A stretch of DNA of 64,000 bases from Octopus bimaculoides. Taxonomy: Eukaryota. Shown one piece after another: positions 25,125 through 37,502 of this stretch (within the stretch, counting starts at the first letter, position 1; every line of letters begins with the position of its first letter). The notes under the pieces are model-generated. The model had not been told where the DNA came from, made no database searches, and worked only from the letters and a program-made list of their open reading frames with translations. The position numbers and the translations under genes were made by a program. The stretch lies in contig NC_068986.1 of NCBI RefSeq assembly GCF_001194135.2, forward strand, positions 66,612,452-66,676,451. Reading direction: 5' to 3'.

Positions 25125-25960
25125 CGAGGCGAGCTGGCAAAAACGTTAGCATGCCGGGCGAAGTGCTTAGCGGNNNNNNNNNNNNNNNNNNNNNNNNNNN
25201 NNNNNNNNNNNNNNNNNNNNNNNNNNNNNNNNNNNNNNNNNNNNNNNNNNNNNNNNNNNNNNNNNNNNNNNNNNNNNNNNNNNNNNNNNNNNNNNNNNNN
25301 NNNNNNNNNNNNNNNNNTTATTATTTATTTATTCATTCATTTATTTTTTTGAATAAAAGCAGTGAACTTGTTAGCACGCCAGGCGAAATGCTTAGCAGCG
25401 TTTTGTCCGTCTTCCCGTTTTGAGTTCACATCCCGCCGAGGACCAGATTGCCTTTCATCTCTTCGGAGTTCGATAAAATAGGTAGCAGTTGAAAACTGGG
25501 TCTGATGTCATCGACTTATCCCTACCCCCGAAATTACTGGCCTCGTGCCAAAATTTGAAACCAGTTTTTATTTTTATTATTATAAAGGCAGTGAGCTGGC
25601 AGAATCGTTAGCACGCCGGGCGAAATTCTTAGCGGCATTTCGTCTCTTTTTACGGTCTCAGTTCAAATTTCGCCGAGGTCGACGTTACCTTTCGTCCTTT
25701 TGGAGGTCAATAAAATAAGTATCGGTTGGTCACTGGAGTTGATGTAATCGACTTAACCCGTTGCACAAATTTCAGTCCCTGTACCTACAGTAGAAAGGAT
25801 TATCATTATTTTACGTTCTGAGTTCAAATTCACTGATGTTAACTTTGACTTCCATCATTTCGAGGCCGATAAAATAAATACCAGTTGATCACTGGGGTTG
25901 ATATAATCGACTGATGCACTCCCCCGACATTACTGGCCTTGTGCCGAAATTATTATTATT
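25125..25960 (+). mobile_element. Array of four family A SINEs, head to tail (one interrupted by a gap)
   Basis: Heads gaggcgagctggc (25126) and aaggcagtgagctggc (25585), plus copies starting about 25355 and 25812; successive copies are joined by attatt tails where these are visible. Confidence 0.85.
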
Positions 25961-25961
25961 G

Positions 25962-27825
25962 TTATTTTCATTATCATCTTTCAATACTGTTTCCATTTCT
26001 TGCTGAGTGTCTTCCTGACACCTAGAGCAGAAAAACGTACTGTATACATTGGTAGGCCATTAAAATAAGCATACCAGAGTGTTAATTTATACAGCCATGT
26101 GATAGAAAAAAAGGAGAAGAAAGACAGACAGAAAAAGGAAAATATAAAAAATAAAAAAGTAAACAGATACTGAGAAGAGCTGTGAATTCTCTTTCCCAAT
26201 CCCCTTTATTTTTGAAGGGAAAATGGGAAAGAAAATTCAGTGACAATGCTCTTCTCAGTACGTGTGACGTACCAGTTAAGACAATCTTTTGCACTTCTTG
26301 CATGGATAGTAAGCCAGGGATCATTCTTAAATAAAGTTCCGTTCCTGTTTTGATCATTCCAAGCGCTCTTACAATCACTGGTATTGTAACTGTCTTGAGA
26401 TGCCATATTTTTTCGATTTTGTTTAGCAAATCTTTATATTTTCTAAGCTTAAATTCTTTTGTCGAGATATTATTATCACAAGGTATGCTCGTCTTTCACA
26501 ACAATATCTGATTTATTAGCTTTGATCGTCCGGTCTGAACATATTGGGAAGTCCCAAAGAATCGTTAAATTTTCTTCCTCAGTTACAGCCTCAGGGTAGT
26601 GCTTGTACAATTTGTCAGCAGTTTTAATTTTATAATGCAGACACATTATCCAATGTAGATATTGGCCAACTCTGTCATATCTTGATTTGTTCTCTACAAG
26701 TGCGAAAACCTTACATCCTGAGATTAGGTGGTCTACTGTTTCAATCCCATCGTTGCAGTATCAGCACTTTGAGTCTACACCATTTTTCATCATATTGGCT
26801 TGATGGTTCCGGGTCAATAAGCTCTGATCTTGAGCAGCCAAGTTAAAGCCTTCACTCTCTGCATTTAGCCCTGAGCTCTGTACCCACTGATGGTCTGCCT
26901 CAGATTGTTTTCTACGGGCCACATATTTGCTATGTAGAGGTTTTTATTCCTACCTATCAGTCAATTGCTGAAACGCATTTTGCTTTGCTATTGATTTCAC
27001 CTTCTTTGCAACTAAAGTTGCCGCACTCCCATTCATGCTGTTCAACCTGGGTATTATGCATAAACTCACTTGAACGTTTTTTGATCTCCTTCATAACAGA
27101 ATGAAGCTTCTTAATCTTTCGTGGCTTTCAACGAGCTTTAGCATCCAGTCGTTTGATGCTTCCAGATATTTTGCTAGTCCAATTGTGGTAGTTTTGTAAG
27201 AGATTTCAAATTGGACCAAGCCTCGACCTCCTTGAGCTCTGGGTAGGTAAAGGAGATCTGCGTCTACCTTTGGGTGGTGCATCTTATTGCAAGTCATCAG
27301 CTTATGGATTTTCCTGTCAATCCTCCTGATTTCGCTCATATTCCAGTTCAACACATTGAAACTGAATATAACAACCGGAACTACGTGCATTTAACTCGGA
27401 TTTTAGGACTGCTTGAGCCTTCCTGTAACATTCCTTCCTGATCTTCTCTTTGGTGCTTGCCTGCTGAATGCCAGAGCTCTCGTTTATTCCGAGGTATTTG
27501 TAAGTTTGTTTCTGCTCGAATTCTTTTGTGACACCACTGTATGTGACGTTTTCAATTTCCCTTTCTGGAAAGTGGCTTTGGCACATTTATCAAGACCAAA
27601 TTCTGTCTCGATGTCATCACTGAATGCTTTGACAGTACGTAGTAGTCCTTCAAGCTCATTATTGTCTTTGTAATCTATATAATCTATATAAAATAGATGA
27701 CATATCTTATTGTCGCCAATTTTATATCCATATCCTGTTCGGTTAATTTCACTTGTAAGGGATATTAGGGCTATGCAAAAAATTAAAGGTAAAAGTGACT
27801 CACCTTGGAAAGTGCCGCAGTTGAT

Positions 27826-27827
<2 letters not shown>
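25962..27827 (-). mobile_element. R4/Dong-like RLE non-LTR retrotransposon, copy A (5'-truncated in the RT)
   Basis: RT motifs CGTFQGESLLPLIFC, HLFYID, FGLDKCAK, YKYLG; MHHPK.D.D.LYLPRAQGGRGL; zinc knuckle KC.YCNDGIETVDHLISGC; endonuclease end PVIVRALG...LQEVQKIVLTGT; 3' UTR ends in (AAT)n at about 25960. Confidence 0.9.
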
Positions 27828-27890
<63 letters not shown>

Positions 27891-27924
27891 CATTATTATT
27901 ATTATCATTATTATTATTATTATT

Positions 27925-29350
27925 TAGTGGTATTATTTTTATCACAGCTGTGGTTTGTTGTGATGTTCTTATTTTTACTGTATTGAAAGTGTTTTACGTA
28001 GGATTTATGCGGTGCCTACTAGTGCTATTTTCTTTATGTTATGTTCTGGTGTTTTTGTTATGTATTTATCTGAATATTTCTTTATCATACCTAATGCGCC
28101 TACTACGATAGGAATATTTTCTGTTTTTAGACTCCACATTCGAGTTACCCCTATTTCCATATCTTTGTATTTTAAAAGTTTCTGTTTCTTTTAGAGAAAC
28201 ATTGCCATCTATTGGTATTGATACACCGATTAGAAAGCATTGTTTTCTTGGTAATCTCTGACAACTATACCCGACCTTTGGCTTTAAATTCTCTATCTGT
28301 GTGTATTGGCATATCCCAGAGTATGGTTGCTTTCTCGTTTTCTGTGACCTTTTCTGGCGTGTGCCTATACCATCTTTTTTCTGTTGTTATTCTATAGTGC
28401 TGGCACAGTTTCCAGTGTATATAGGTCCCAACTCTGTCGTTTCTGTGAATATATTCCTTCTTAGCCAGGACCAGGTAGCCAGCGACAATATGATTTATTA
28501 TTTCTTCTCCATCAACACATATTCTGTAGTTACTTTTATTTCTTTTCATTACAGGTTTTGGTAATTTCTGGTGGGAAGGCTTTGATCTTGTGCTGCAATT
28601 AAAAATCTTTCAGTCTCAGCTTTGAGTCCTGAGCTTTTCTGTCATTGTTGGGATTTTGCTTTGTCTATTTCTTTTCTGTTTAGTTTAATCCAGTATTTGC
28701 CATGAAAGGGCTTTTCTTGCCATCGTTTTATCATGATCGTTGCTGTTCCAGTTTTAGTTTGGATTTCAGTTGTTTTACAGCTTTCGTTTTTCTTCTTTTT
28801 CTTCATAGTTGTTAGGTACTATGACTTTCTTGTTTTGTATTTGTCAGCTTCTTTAAAGACTGAAAACAGTTATTTGTTTTGTTCATATTTTGTGGCTATT
28901 TGTATTAGTTTTCCTTACTTCTAAAGTAGTTATTTCTGCAGTCCTATGGTGGTTATTTTGTAATAGTTTTCTAGCTGTATAAGGCATCTACCACCTTCGA
29001 TACGTTGTAAATATAACTTTTCTATGTCAGATTTTGGATGGTGCATCTTAAATCCTGTCATTATTTTTCTTGTTTTCCAATCTATTTTGATTAGTTTATT
29101 TAGAGTCCAGTTAAGAATATTGTAGTTGTAACTTATTACTGGGATGGCTAGAGTGTTGATACCTATTATCTTGTTTTTCCCATCGAGCGCTGTTTTCATT
29201 ATTAATCTAACTCGTCTATAGTATTCTTTTCTCATCTCCTCTTTCATTTGTGTGTTGTATCATATCTAGTTCATTGATTCCTAAGTATTTGTATGTTTGG
29301 CTTTGTTCTAATTCTCTTTTACCAGAGAATTAAACATGAAATTTAGCTTA
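27925..29350 (-). mobile_element. R4/Dong-like LINE, copy B (different subfamily)
   Basis: TYKYLG, EYYRRVRLI, MHHPKSDIEKLYLQRIEGGRCL, EIINHIVAGY..LAKKEYIHRNDRVGTYIHWKLC, ATILWDMPIHTDRE, QKIALVGTA; flanked by (TTA)n tracts 27828-27924 and 29357-29445. Confidence 0.9.
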
Positions 29351-29355
29351 GAAAA

Positions 29356-29435
<80 letters not shown>

Positions 29436-29445
29436 CATTATTATT

Positions 29446-29628
29446 GAGTGAGAGAGCAGTTCATGCCATCAAAGTAACACTGAGTTCAGATGTTGCCGGA
29501 GTCGATTTTGCTTTTCATCCATTCGGGGTCGATAAGGTGAGCTCCAGTTGAGCACTGGTTTTGATGTAATCGACTAACCTCCTCCCCACAAATTTCGGCC
29601 ACTGTATCTATAGCAGCAAGGATTATTA
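29446..29628 (+). mobile_element. Chimeric SINE: short foreign head joined to a family A 3' part
   Basis: gagtgagagagcagttcatgccatcaaagtaacactg joined to gtcgattttgcttttcatccattcggggtcgataagg...aaggattatt. Confidence 0.7.
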
Positions 29629-29629
29629 T

Positions 29630-30450
29630 GCTATTACAGCGGAAATGTTATCATGAGTTTTGGTGGAAATACGTCTCCTCAAATGTCAAGTATTTTTATA
29701 GGATTCTTGCTGAATACAGGATAATAATTTTATGCAAGTGTATTATGCGAATTTCAATTCCATTATCTTTCAGTTTTTTTGGCAACATTTTAGGTGTTGT
29801 GCCAAATGTACCTATTATTACAGGAAAACTTGTTTTAGTCTTCCACAGTCTCTTCAGTTCTCTGGCTGGGTCCTGACACTTGTCAATGTTTTCAATTTCT
29901 TTCATATCATAGAGATTGCAAAGTCTCTGGTACGTGTTCATACTGCTTTTCTGTTGTTTCGAAACCTCACACTTGGTTAACATTCTAATGAGAAGTCATG
30001 CTGGCGCTTATACTCTTTCTGCGACAGCATACGTCATTCATTCAAGAGATGATTCATACATTTGTCCCCTTTTCTGCAGATTCTGCGTTGACTGTCTGAC
30101 AGTTTTGTCCTAATGGCTTGTTCCTGAGCGACCACATTTAGCGCTTCTGTCTCTCGTTTCAGATTTCCTTCCAACAGCCACAACCTTTTTTACTTCCAGC
30201 ATTCTCAGTTTGTGCATGAATTGGCTATGTAATGCCATTTCTTTACGTCTCCTTGTTCTGTTGTTCTTCCTCCTGTTCATGAAGTCTTCTACTGCTTCAG
30301 TAACACTTTGGGCATACCTACCTGCTGATTGTATTCTTTCTTCTTCTCCCACAACATAATTTCCCAACCCCAGTATCGCAGTACTAACGGTATCTTTTGC
30401 TTTTATTAATCTTATGCCTCCTTCCTTTCTTGATAGGTAGAGTCTGTTGC
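29630..30450 (-). mobile_element. R4/Dong-like LINE, copy C (third subfamily, internally deleted)
   Basis: YLSRKEGGIRL, RRKEMALHSQF, ETEALNVVAQEQAI, CRICRK...HLLN, IENIDKCQDPARELKRLWK..PVIIGTFG. Confidence 0.85.
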
Positions 30451-30849
30451 TATTTCTTTACGGGTGGTGCGAGATGAAGAGAAGAATGAAGAGTTGAAGC
30501 AAAACTAACATATATGGCTTCAACTGAAGGATATGGATAAAAGACAGTTAATGCATTTAGTGACGAGTTTAAATGAAAGAAATATTGGGCAAAATGTTTA
30601 GTAAGTTTCAACGACAGTCACTGGGAGATGGTTCTTGTGTCCAACGTCGTGGATTGAACTAGATAGGAGACAAATCACTCTCCTGGATAGGATGTCAATC
30701 TTTCCTAAACAACATTTCCTTGCAGTCTGGTATTCCCAACATCCCAGTGAACTGAAGTAGAATAAAGTGTATATTAGTAACAAAAGGCAATCTTTAATCT
30801 GACTTGACGTGAATTAGAACAAAAAGGCAATCTTTAATCCAACTTTCGT

Positions 30850-31130
30850 CGGTAATAATATATTTTTGATAAGTCTACTGGTTATTTGGGACATCATTAA
30901 CTGAAAAGATGCGGATATTCTATAAATCTCGACAGCGAGATTTGGCTGGTATGCGGTCACTGGACGCCACTCACTGATGAGGTTCCGTAGACCGAAATCA
31001 CGTGATATGGGAGTTCCGGCGCTCATAACAGGCAATTCTCGTCTGCTACAATTTAAGTGTGCGGTTTTATGCATCAAGTGCGGATACGTCTCAAAGTTAA
31101 TAACACAATATTCGGCGTTCTAACATGGCA
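30850..31130 (+). mobile_element. Penelope-like (Poseidon-type) 3' end / pseudo-LTR
   Basis: SINLDSEIWLVCGHWTPL resembles the Poseidon GIY-YIG terminus (INRD.G..LS..W.PL) and runs directly into a hammerhead motif. Confidence 0.55.
30970..31011 (+). ncRNA. Minimal type I hammerhead ribozyme (Penelope-associated, dimer-type)
   Basis: ctca-CTGATGA-GGTt[ccgta]gACC-GAAA-TCACGTGA-TA|tggg. Intact core boxes, stem II closed by G-C, perfect palindrome ATCACGTGAT as stem III, AUA cleavage triplet at 31007, 4-bp stem I. Confidence 0.85.
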
Positions 31131-31149
31131 CCACGTTAAGTTAGATTAT

Positions 31150-32320
31150 ATATATGTAGCATAAACTACATTGAACCAAATACAAAGAGACCAAGAAGAC
31201 GCAGACGGAGGAAAATCTTATGGTTTGACCCACTTTATAGCATGAATGTAACCACTAACATAGCTTGGAAATTTAAAAACTTAATAGACAATCACTACCC
31301 ACATTGACATAAATGCCACAAGAATTTCAACAGAAACACTGTTAAAGTTAGCTATAGTTGCCTCCCCAATATAGGGTCAAAAATATTCAATCACAATGAA
31401 AATAAACACATCAGAGATACCTTCGAAAGACAATGCAACTTCAAATCTCCAGACCGCTGCCCCCTAAACAATAACCGTCTCTATAAAGAACTTATACACA
31501 AGCCCAAGACCACGGATCCCAACGGAGTAGCAAAGACGCATATCGGAATGATTGGCAACTCGTTCAAAAAAAGGTACACACAACCCTGGTGTCATTCAGA
31601 GACAAAAATTAAACAAAAAACACACGCAACATCCCTATCCAATATGAAATGGAGATTGAGTGAAGGTAGGATAAATAACCCCCGGATAAAATGGAACAAC
31701 ATTGCTAAAGCCGGAAAATGCAGAGACGAAGTACCAAATGTGAACTCTGTATCACTGAAAAACTAAATATCATACAATCAACACTTAAAAATCCTAAATA
31801 TTAGGAATGAAATCTTCTCTCCCTGCATGCACAAGCAATATTTCAAATTTGAATACTCCAAAGAGGAACCACCACTTGTGCCGCTAATGCCACAAGGATG
31901 CCCCCTTTCCTGAACGTGAAATTTGAATATAGATAGCACACAAACTCTACATACAGAAGAAATATGCTCTCATGATGAATTATCTCAGCACACAAGCATA
32001 CTAAACTTCGCACACACCCAGAATATTTAAGATAATGCCAACAAATTTACCATCCGACACGACTGTTTGCCCAAAACTCAAACCCAAGGGAGATAACCAT
32101 TCAAACGATGTAATCTAAGAGTAGCACACTTGATTTATTGTTTTCTTTACGAGAATCTCCGCGAACTCAACGAGACTTTGTGTTTATCCAAAATGGAAAT
32201 CAAAACCATTTCTCCATGTGATGGGCTTGAAAAATTGTTAAGATATTAAGATATCTTCCTATTTTTCTTAACATGAAGCCAATGGTAGCCTTAATTTACA
32301 AATAAAGAAACTTTATCCAC
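31150..32320 (+). mobile_element. Naiad-like Penelope element, 3' portion (post-RT linker plus GIY-YIG), frameshifted
   Basis: LWFDPLYS.NV.TNIAWKF, FNRNTVKVSYSCLPN, CNF..P..CPLNN, HIGMIGNSFKKRYTQ, TSLS, IKW, CELCITEKL, LNIRNEIFSPCMHK. Confidence 0.85.
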
Positions 32321-33492
32321 ANNNNNNNNNNNNNNNNNNNNNNNNNNNNNNNNNNNNNNNNNNNNNNNNNNNNNNNNNNNNNNNNNNNNNNNNNNNNNNN
32401 NNNNNNNNNNNNNNNNNNNNNNNNNNNNNNNNNNNNNNNNNNNNNNNNNNNNNNNNNNNNNNNNNNNNNNNNNNNNNNNNNNNNNNNNNNNNNNNNNNNN
32501 NNNNNNNNNNNNNNNNNNNNNNNNNNNNNNNNNNNNNNNNNNNNNNNNNNNNNNNNNNNNNNNNNNNNNNNNNNNNNNNNATCTATATACATCACCACCC
32601 TAAGACACACAAACACACGGATTTATTTCTGTATATGAATATATGTCTAGGTACATTTGTATGCATGCGTATATGTAAAGGTATACATGTATGTATTCAC
32701 AATCATTTTATGTTCACAATTGCTTTATGCAGTAATAATATGTGATATCATCAAGTATCAATGCGACATGCATATAAACATTTCTGCTTCACTGTGTCGG
32801 AATATAGATAGACATTGTACTGTACCTGCTGTAGTGGAACAGGGCGTAGGTGAACAACGAAAGAACTTTTAATATTTAGTTATACATTATACTGTTACAA
32901 AGAAAAGCATTGGGGAATATGTGTGTGTTTCTGATTTCTATCATCACTGTACCATGTTGCAATTGTTTCCCTTATACATCATTTCTTATAGATGAAAATT
33001 AAACCGAATCTGCGTAGCATATATATTAATGCGAGAGTGAAACATTGGGATTCGAATTCGATCAGAAACCAAGAATTAAAAGTTACTGATCGGAAATACT
33101 TGCCGTCATGTTTGTGTTTACTATTGATATAGTGAAAAAGATCGATGCAAAAAAAAAAATAGAAAAAAGGAAAAAAACAAGAATATGATAAAAATGTATA
33201 CAGGGATGTAGAGTTGTTTGAAGATAGCAATATCTTAATTGCAATGACGAATGGCGTTTGCTCTAATTATGTTAAGTATAGGAAAGTTGGAATGAAGACT
33301 TAAAAATTGTGTGTGGTGTTTGTGTGTGAGTGTGTGTGTCTGTGTGTATGCATACAGACACACACACACACACACACACATATGTATATATGTATATATG
33401 TATCAAAGTACACGCACGCACATAATTATATAATAATACGCATATTTATGCATATATATATTCATATCTATATCTATCTCTCTATCTATCTA

Positions 33493-33579
<87 letters not shown>

Positions 33580-33748
33580 TGCATATACGTATGTATGTAT
33601 GAATGTAGATGGTATATATATACACATACATACACATTTCTAATTTCATAACACGTATATAATATATATATACGCATGATATATATAAATTTATGTATAT
33701 TCACAAACAAAAACACCATCTACATTCATACATACATACGTATATGCA

Positions 33749-33784
<36 letters not shown>

Positions 33785-34285
33785 ATGTGTGTGTGTATAT
33801 ATATATGTACGCATATATATATATATACATACGTATGTATAGGCACACACACACACGTACAAACAGACAGACAGCCACGCGCGCGCGCACACACATACAC
33901 GCACGCGCACACACATACACGCACGCGCACACACACGCGCGCGCATGTGCAAGTAGAAAACTGCTTATTTCTCCGTCAGAAAAGATAGATGCAGCGAAAT
34001 CAAATCTGCCACCATAAAACAGAAGCGAAGTGGATGAGACATATTACATATTATACAGCTACAATAAATAAATGTATACATAAAGAACTGAAAAAAATAT
34101 TATTTAAGCGAGATGTGAAAAAGATAAGAAATGATATCAAACGTAATCGATTCTATATTGGATGGAGTGTAAGAAAGAGGAAACGATTGAGGCAAACAGA
34201 GGAACCGATTCTATTTATTAATTAATCTACAGCCTTTCACCCTCTCATTTTGAATCTGTTCTTTAGTCTTTCTTCCAGTGGAGTG

Positions 34286-34330
<45 letters not shown>

Positions 34331-34457
34331 NNNNNNNNNNATATATATATATATATATGTATATATGTATATATATATGTATATACGTATTTCATTTATA
34401 AGTGTAATATAAAAAGGGGAACCAAGATAAGTAAGACACCAGAATTTATGAATATGA

Positions 34458-34498
<41 letters not shown>

Positions 34499-34834
34499 AA
34501 TATATATATATATATATATATATGGCAGACATTCATTCACGCCTGTAAACACAGCGAAGCTATATACAGACGCACGCACATATACACGCATATGTGAATG
34601 CATATATATTTGTATGTATGCACGTTTGTAATGTATCTATGCATATATAAGCATGTGTGTGTGAGTGTGTGTATGAGTGTGTGTATGTGTGTACCTATTA
34701 AAGAAATATATTTCATATAGACTCCCTGCCACACAAATAACTTCGTGTTTATTATATATCAAACAGCGTACACCATCACACACATATAGATTGGCGCACA
34801 CATACATGCATGTTTATGTATGCGCATGTGTATA

Positions 34835-34844
34835 TACTACAACT

Positions 34845-34895
<51 letters not shown>

Positions 34896-34896
34896 G

Positions 34897-34934
<38 letters not shown>

Positions 34935-34977
34935 GCTGCTGCTGCTACTGCTGCACTGCCTCTGCTGTCGCTGCTGC
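34835..34977. repeat. Compound trinucleotide microsatellite (ACA)n-(CTA)n-(CTG)n
   Basis: Stepwise unit drift; gives the polyT/Q/N/L pseudo-ORFs. Confidence 0.95.
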
Positions 34978-35773
34978 NNNNNNNNNNNNNNNNNNNNNNN
35001 NNNNNNNNNNNNNNNNNNNNNNNNNNNNNNNNNNNNNNNNNNNNNNNNNNNNNNNNNNNNNNNNNNNNNNNNNNNNNNNNNNNNNNNNNNNNNNNNNNNN
35101 NNNNNNNNNNNNNNNNNNNNNNNNNNNNNNNNNNNNNNNNNNNNNNNNNNNNNNNNNNNNNNNNNNNNNNNNNNNNNNNNNNNNNNNNNNNNNNNNNNNN
35201 NNNNNNNNNNNNNNNNNNNNNNNNNNNNNNNNNNNNNNNNNNNNNNNNNNNNNNNNNNNNNNNNNNNNNNNNNNNNNNNNNNNNNNNNNNNNNNNNNNNN
35301 NNNNNNNNNNNNNNNNNNNNNNNNNNNNNNNNNNNNNNNNNNNNNNNNNNNNNNNNNNNNNNNNNNNNNNNNNNNNNNNNNNNNNNNNNNNNNNNNNNNN
35401 NNNNNNNNNNNNNNNNNNNNNNNNNNNNNNNNNNNNNNNNNNNNNNNNNNNNNNNNNNNNNNNNNNNNNNNNNNNNNNNNNNNNNNNNNNNNNNNNNNNN
35501 NNNNNNNNNNNNNNNNNNNNNNNNNNNNNNNNNNNNNNNNNNNNNNNNNNNNNNNNNNNNNNNNNNNNNNNNNNNNNNNNNNNNNNNNNNNNNNNNNNNN
35601 NNNNNNNNNNNNNNNNNNNNNNNNNNNNNNNNNNNNNNNNNNNNNNNNNNNNNNNNNNNNNNNNNNNNNNNNNNNNNNNNNNNNNNNNNNNNNNNNNNNN
35701 NNNNNNNNNNNNNNNNNNNNNNNNNNNNNNNNNNNNNNNNNNNNNNNNNNNNNNNNNNNNNNNNNNNNNNNNN

Positions 35774-36440
35774 TAAAGAGGAGAATGAATGTTGGAGCTG
35801 ACACTCGCCCTTGGTGTTCAGGGTAATCTTGGATTGGTGGGCACCCAAATTGGCCTTATTTGGAGATCCTCCTCTGTCAGGAGAACTGAGTTATCATCAT
35901 GCCTAAGTGTATTTCATTTTTCTTTTGTCTCATTCACATCCTCGGATCGAGCTGGATGACGAACAAAAGTGTGGAGTGGAGTGAAAGCTTTTGAGGAGGC
36001 CAGAATGACACATGCAAGACTGAAAAAGGATTTAGAGAAGAATGTTGCGATCGAGAAGGTGAATCTCAGTGACCTCTTGTGTGCACAGTTTGTGACAGAT
36101 CATGCCTTTCTTTTGTTGAGCACAAATCTCATTTGCGGATCCACGAAAAACGAATCTCCCCCAGCTACTCTGCCTATATATCTGTGCATATCTTTCAATG
36201 CCGTGTATGCCAGAAGGTTTGCAAATCTAACGGAGGCCTCAAAAGACATTTCAAGATTCACAAATATCAGAACTTAACTGCAGCTCTTGGCGGTCCAAAT
36301 CAAATATGTAATCTATGTGGGTGTCTTTTCAATACATTGTCTGGTTTAAAAAGCAGCCACATGAGACGCCGTGATGGATCTAAGGTATAAGTACAAGAGG
36401 TGGTCAGGTTTTGCATATGGTGTAGATAACCATATATATG
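35774..36440 (+). mobile_element. RTE-like LINE 3' end with three C2H2 zinc fingers (copy 2)
   Basis: WSGVKAFEEARMTHARLK (RTE C-terminal helix, W..GV..FE..R..A..K), then CTVCDRSCLSFVEHKSHLRIH, CRVCQKVCKSNGGLKRHFKIH, CNLCGCLFNTLSGLKSSHMRR; ends in a (TA/TATG)n tail. Confidence 0.8.
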
Positions 36441-36460
36441 TATGTATATTGCGTGGTATA

Positions 36461-36650
36461 TAGGCGCAGGATTAGCTTGTAATAGGCGCAGGAGTGGCTC
36501 ATAGGCTCAGGAGTGACTTGTAATAGGCGCAGGAGTGGATACATGGTAAGTAGCTTGCTTACCAACCACATGGTTTTGGCTTCAGTCCCACTGCGTGGCC
36601 TCGTAAGTGGATTTGGTAGACGGAAACTGAAAGAAGCCCGTCGTACATAT
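36461..36650 (+). mobile_element. Family B SINE 5' half with a four-fold repeated head
   Basis: taggc(g/t)cagga.. occurs four times before ggtaagtagcttgcttaccaaccacatgg..ttcagtcccactgcgtggc. Confidence 0.85.
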
Positions 36651-37188
36651 ATATATATATATATATNNNNNNNNNNNNNNNNNNNNNNNNNNNNNNNNNN
36701 NNNNNNNNNNNNNNNNNNNNNNNNNNNNNNNNNNNNNNNNNNNNNNNNNNNNNNNNNNNNNNNNNNNNNNNNNNNNNNNNNNNNNNNNNNNNNNNNNNNN
36801 NNNNNNNNNNNNNNNNNNNNNNNNNNNNNNNNNNNNNNNNNNNNNNNNNNNNNNNNNNNNNNNNNNNNNNNNNNNNNNNNNNNNNNNNNNNNNNNNNNNN
36901 NNNNNNNNNNNNNNNNNNNNNNNNNNNNNNNNNNNNNNNNNNNNNNNNNNNNNNNNNNNNNNNNNNNNNNNNNNNNNNNNNNNNNNNNNNNNNNNNNNNN
37001 NNNNNNNNNNNNNNNNNNNNNNNNNNNNNNNNNNNNNNNNNNNNNNNNNNNNNNNNNNNNNNNNNNNNNNNNNNNNNNNNNNNNNNNNNNNNNNNNNNNN
37101 NNNNNNNNNNNNNNNNNNNNNNNNNNNNNNNNNNNNNNNNNNNNNNNNNNNNNNNNNNNNNNNNNNNNNNNNNNNNNNNNNNNNNNNN

Positions 37189-37237
<49 letters not shown>

Positions 37238-37435
37238 CATGCATACATACATACATACATACATACATAAATACATGCATACGACTACTTGCACACAGCA
37301 CACACACACACAAATATCCATACATCTTATCAACGTTTTTGTGGTTAGTCCTCATCCATCATTCTGGTGGCAAATAAAATATCCATCTTATTATTATTAT
37401 TATTGTTGTTGTTGTTGTTATTATTATTATTATCA

Positions 37436-37502
<67 letters not shown>

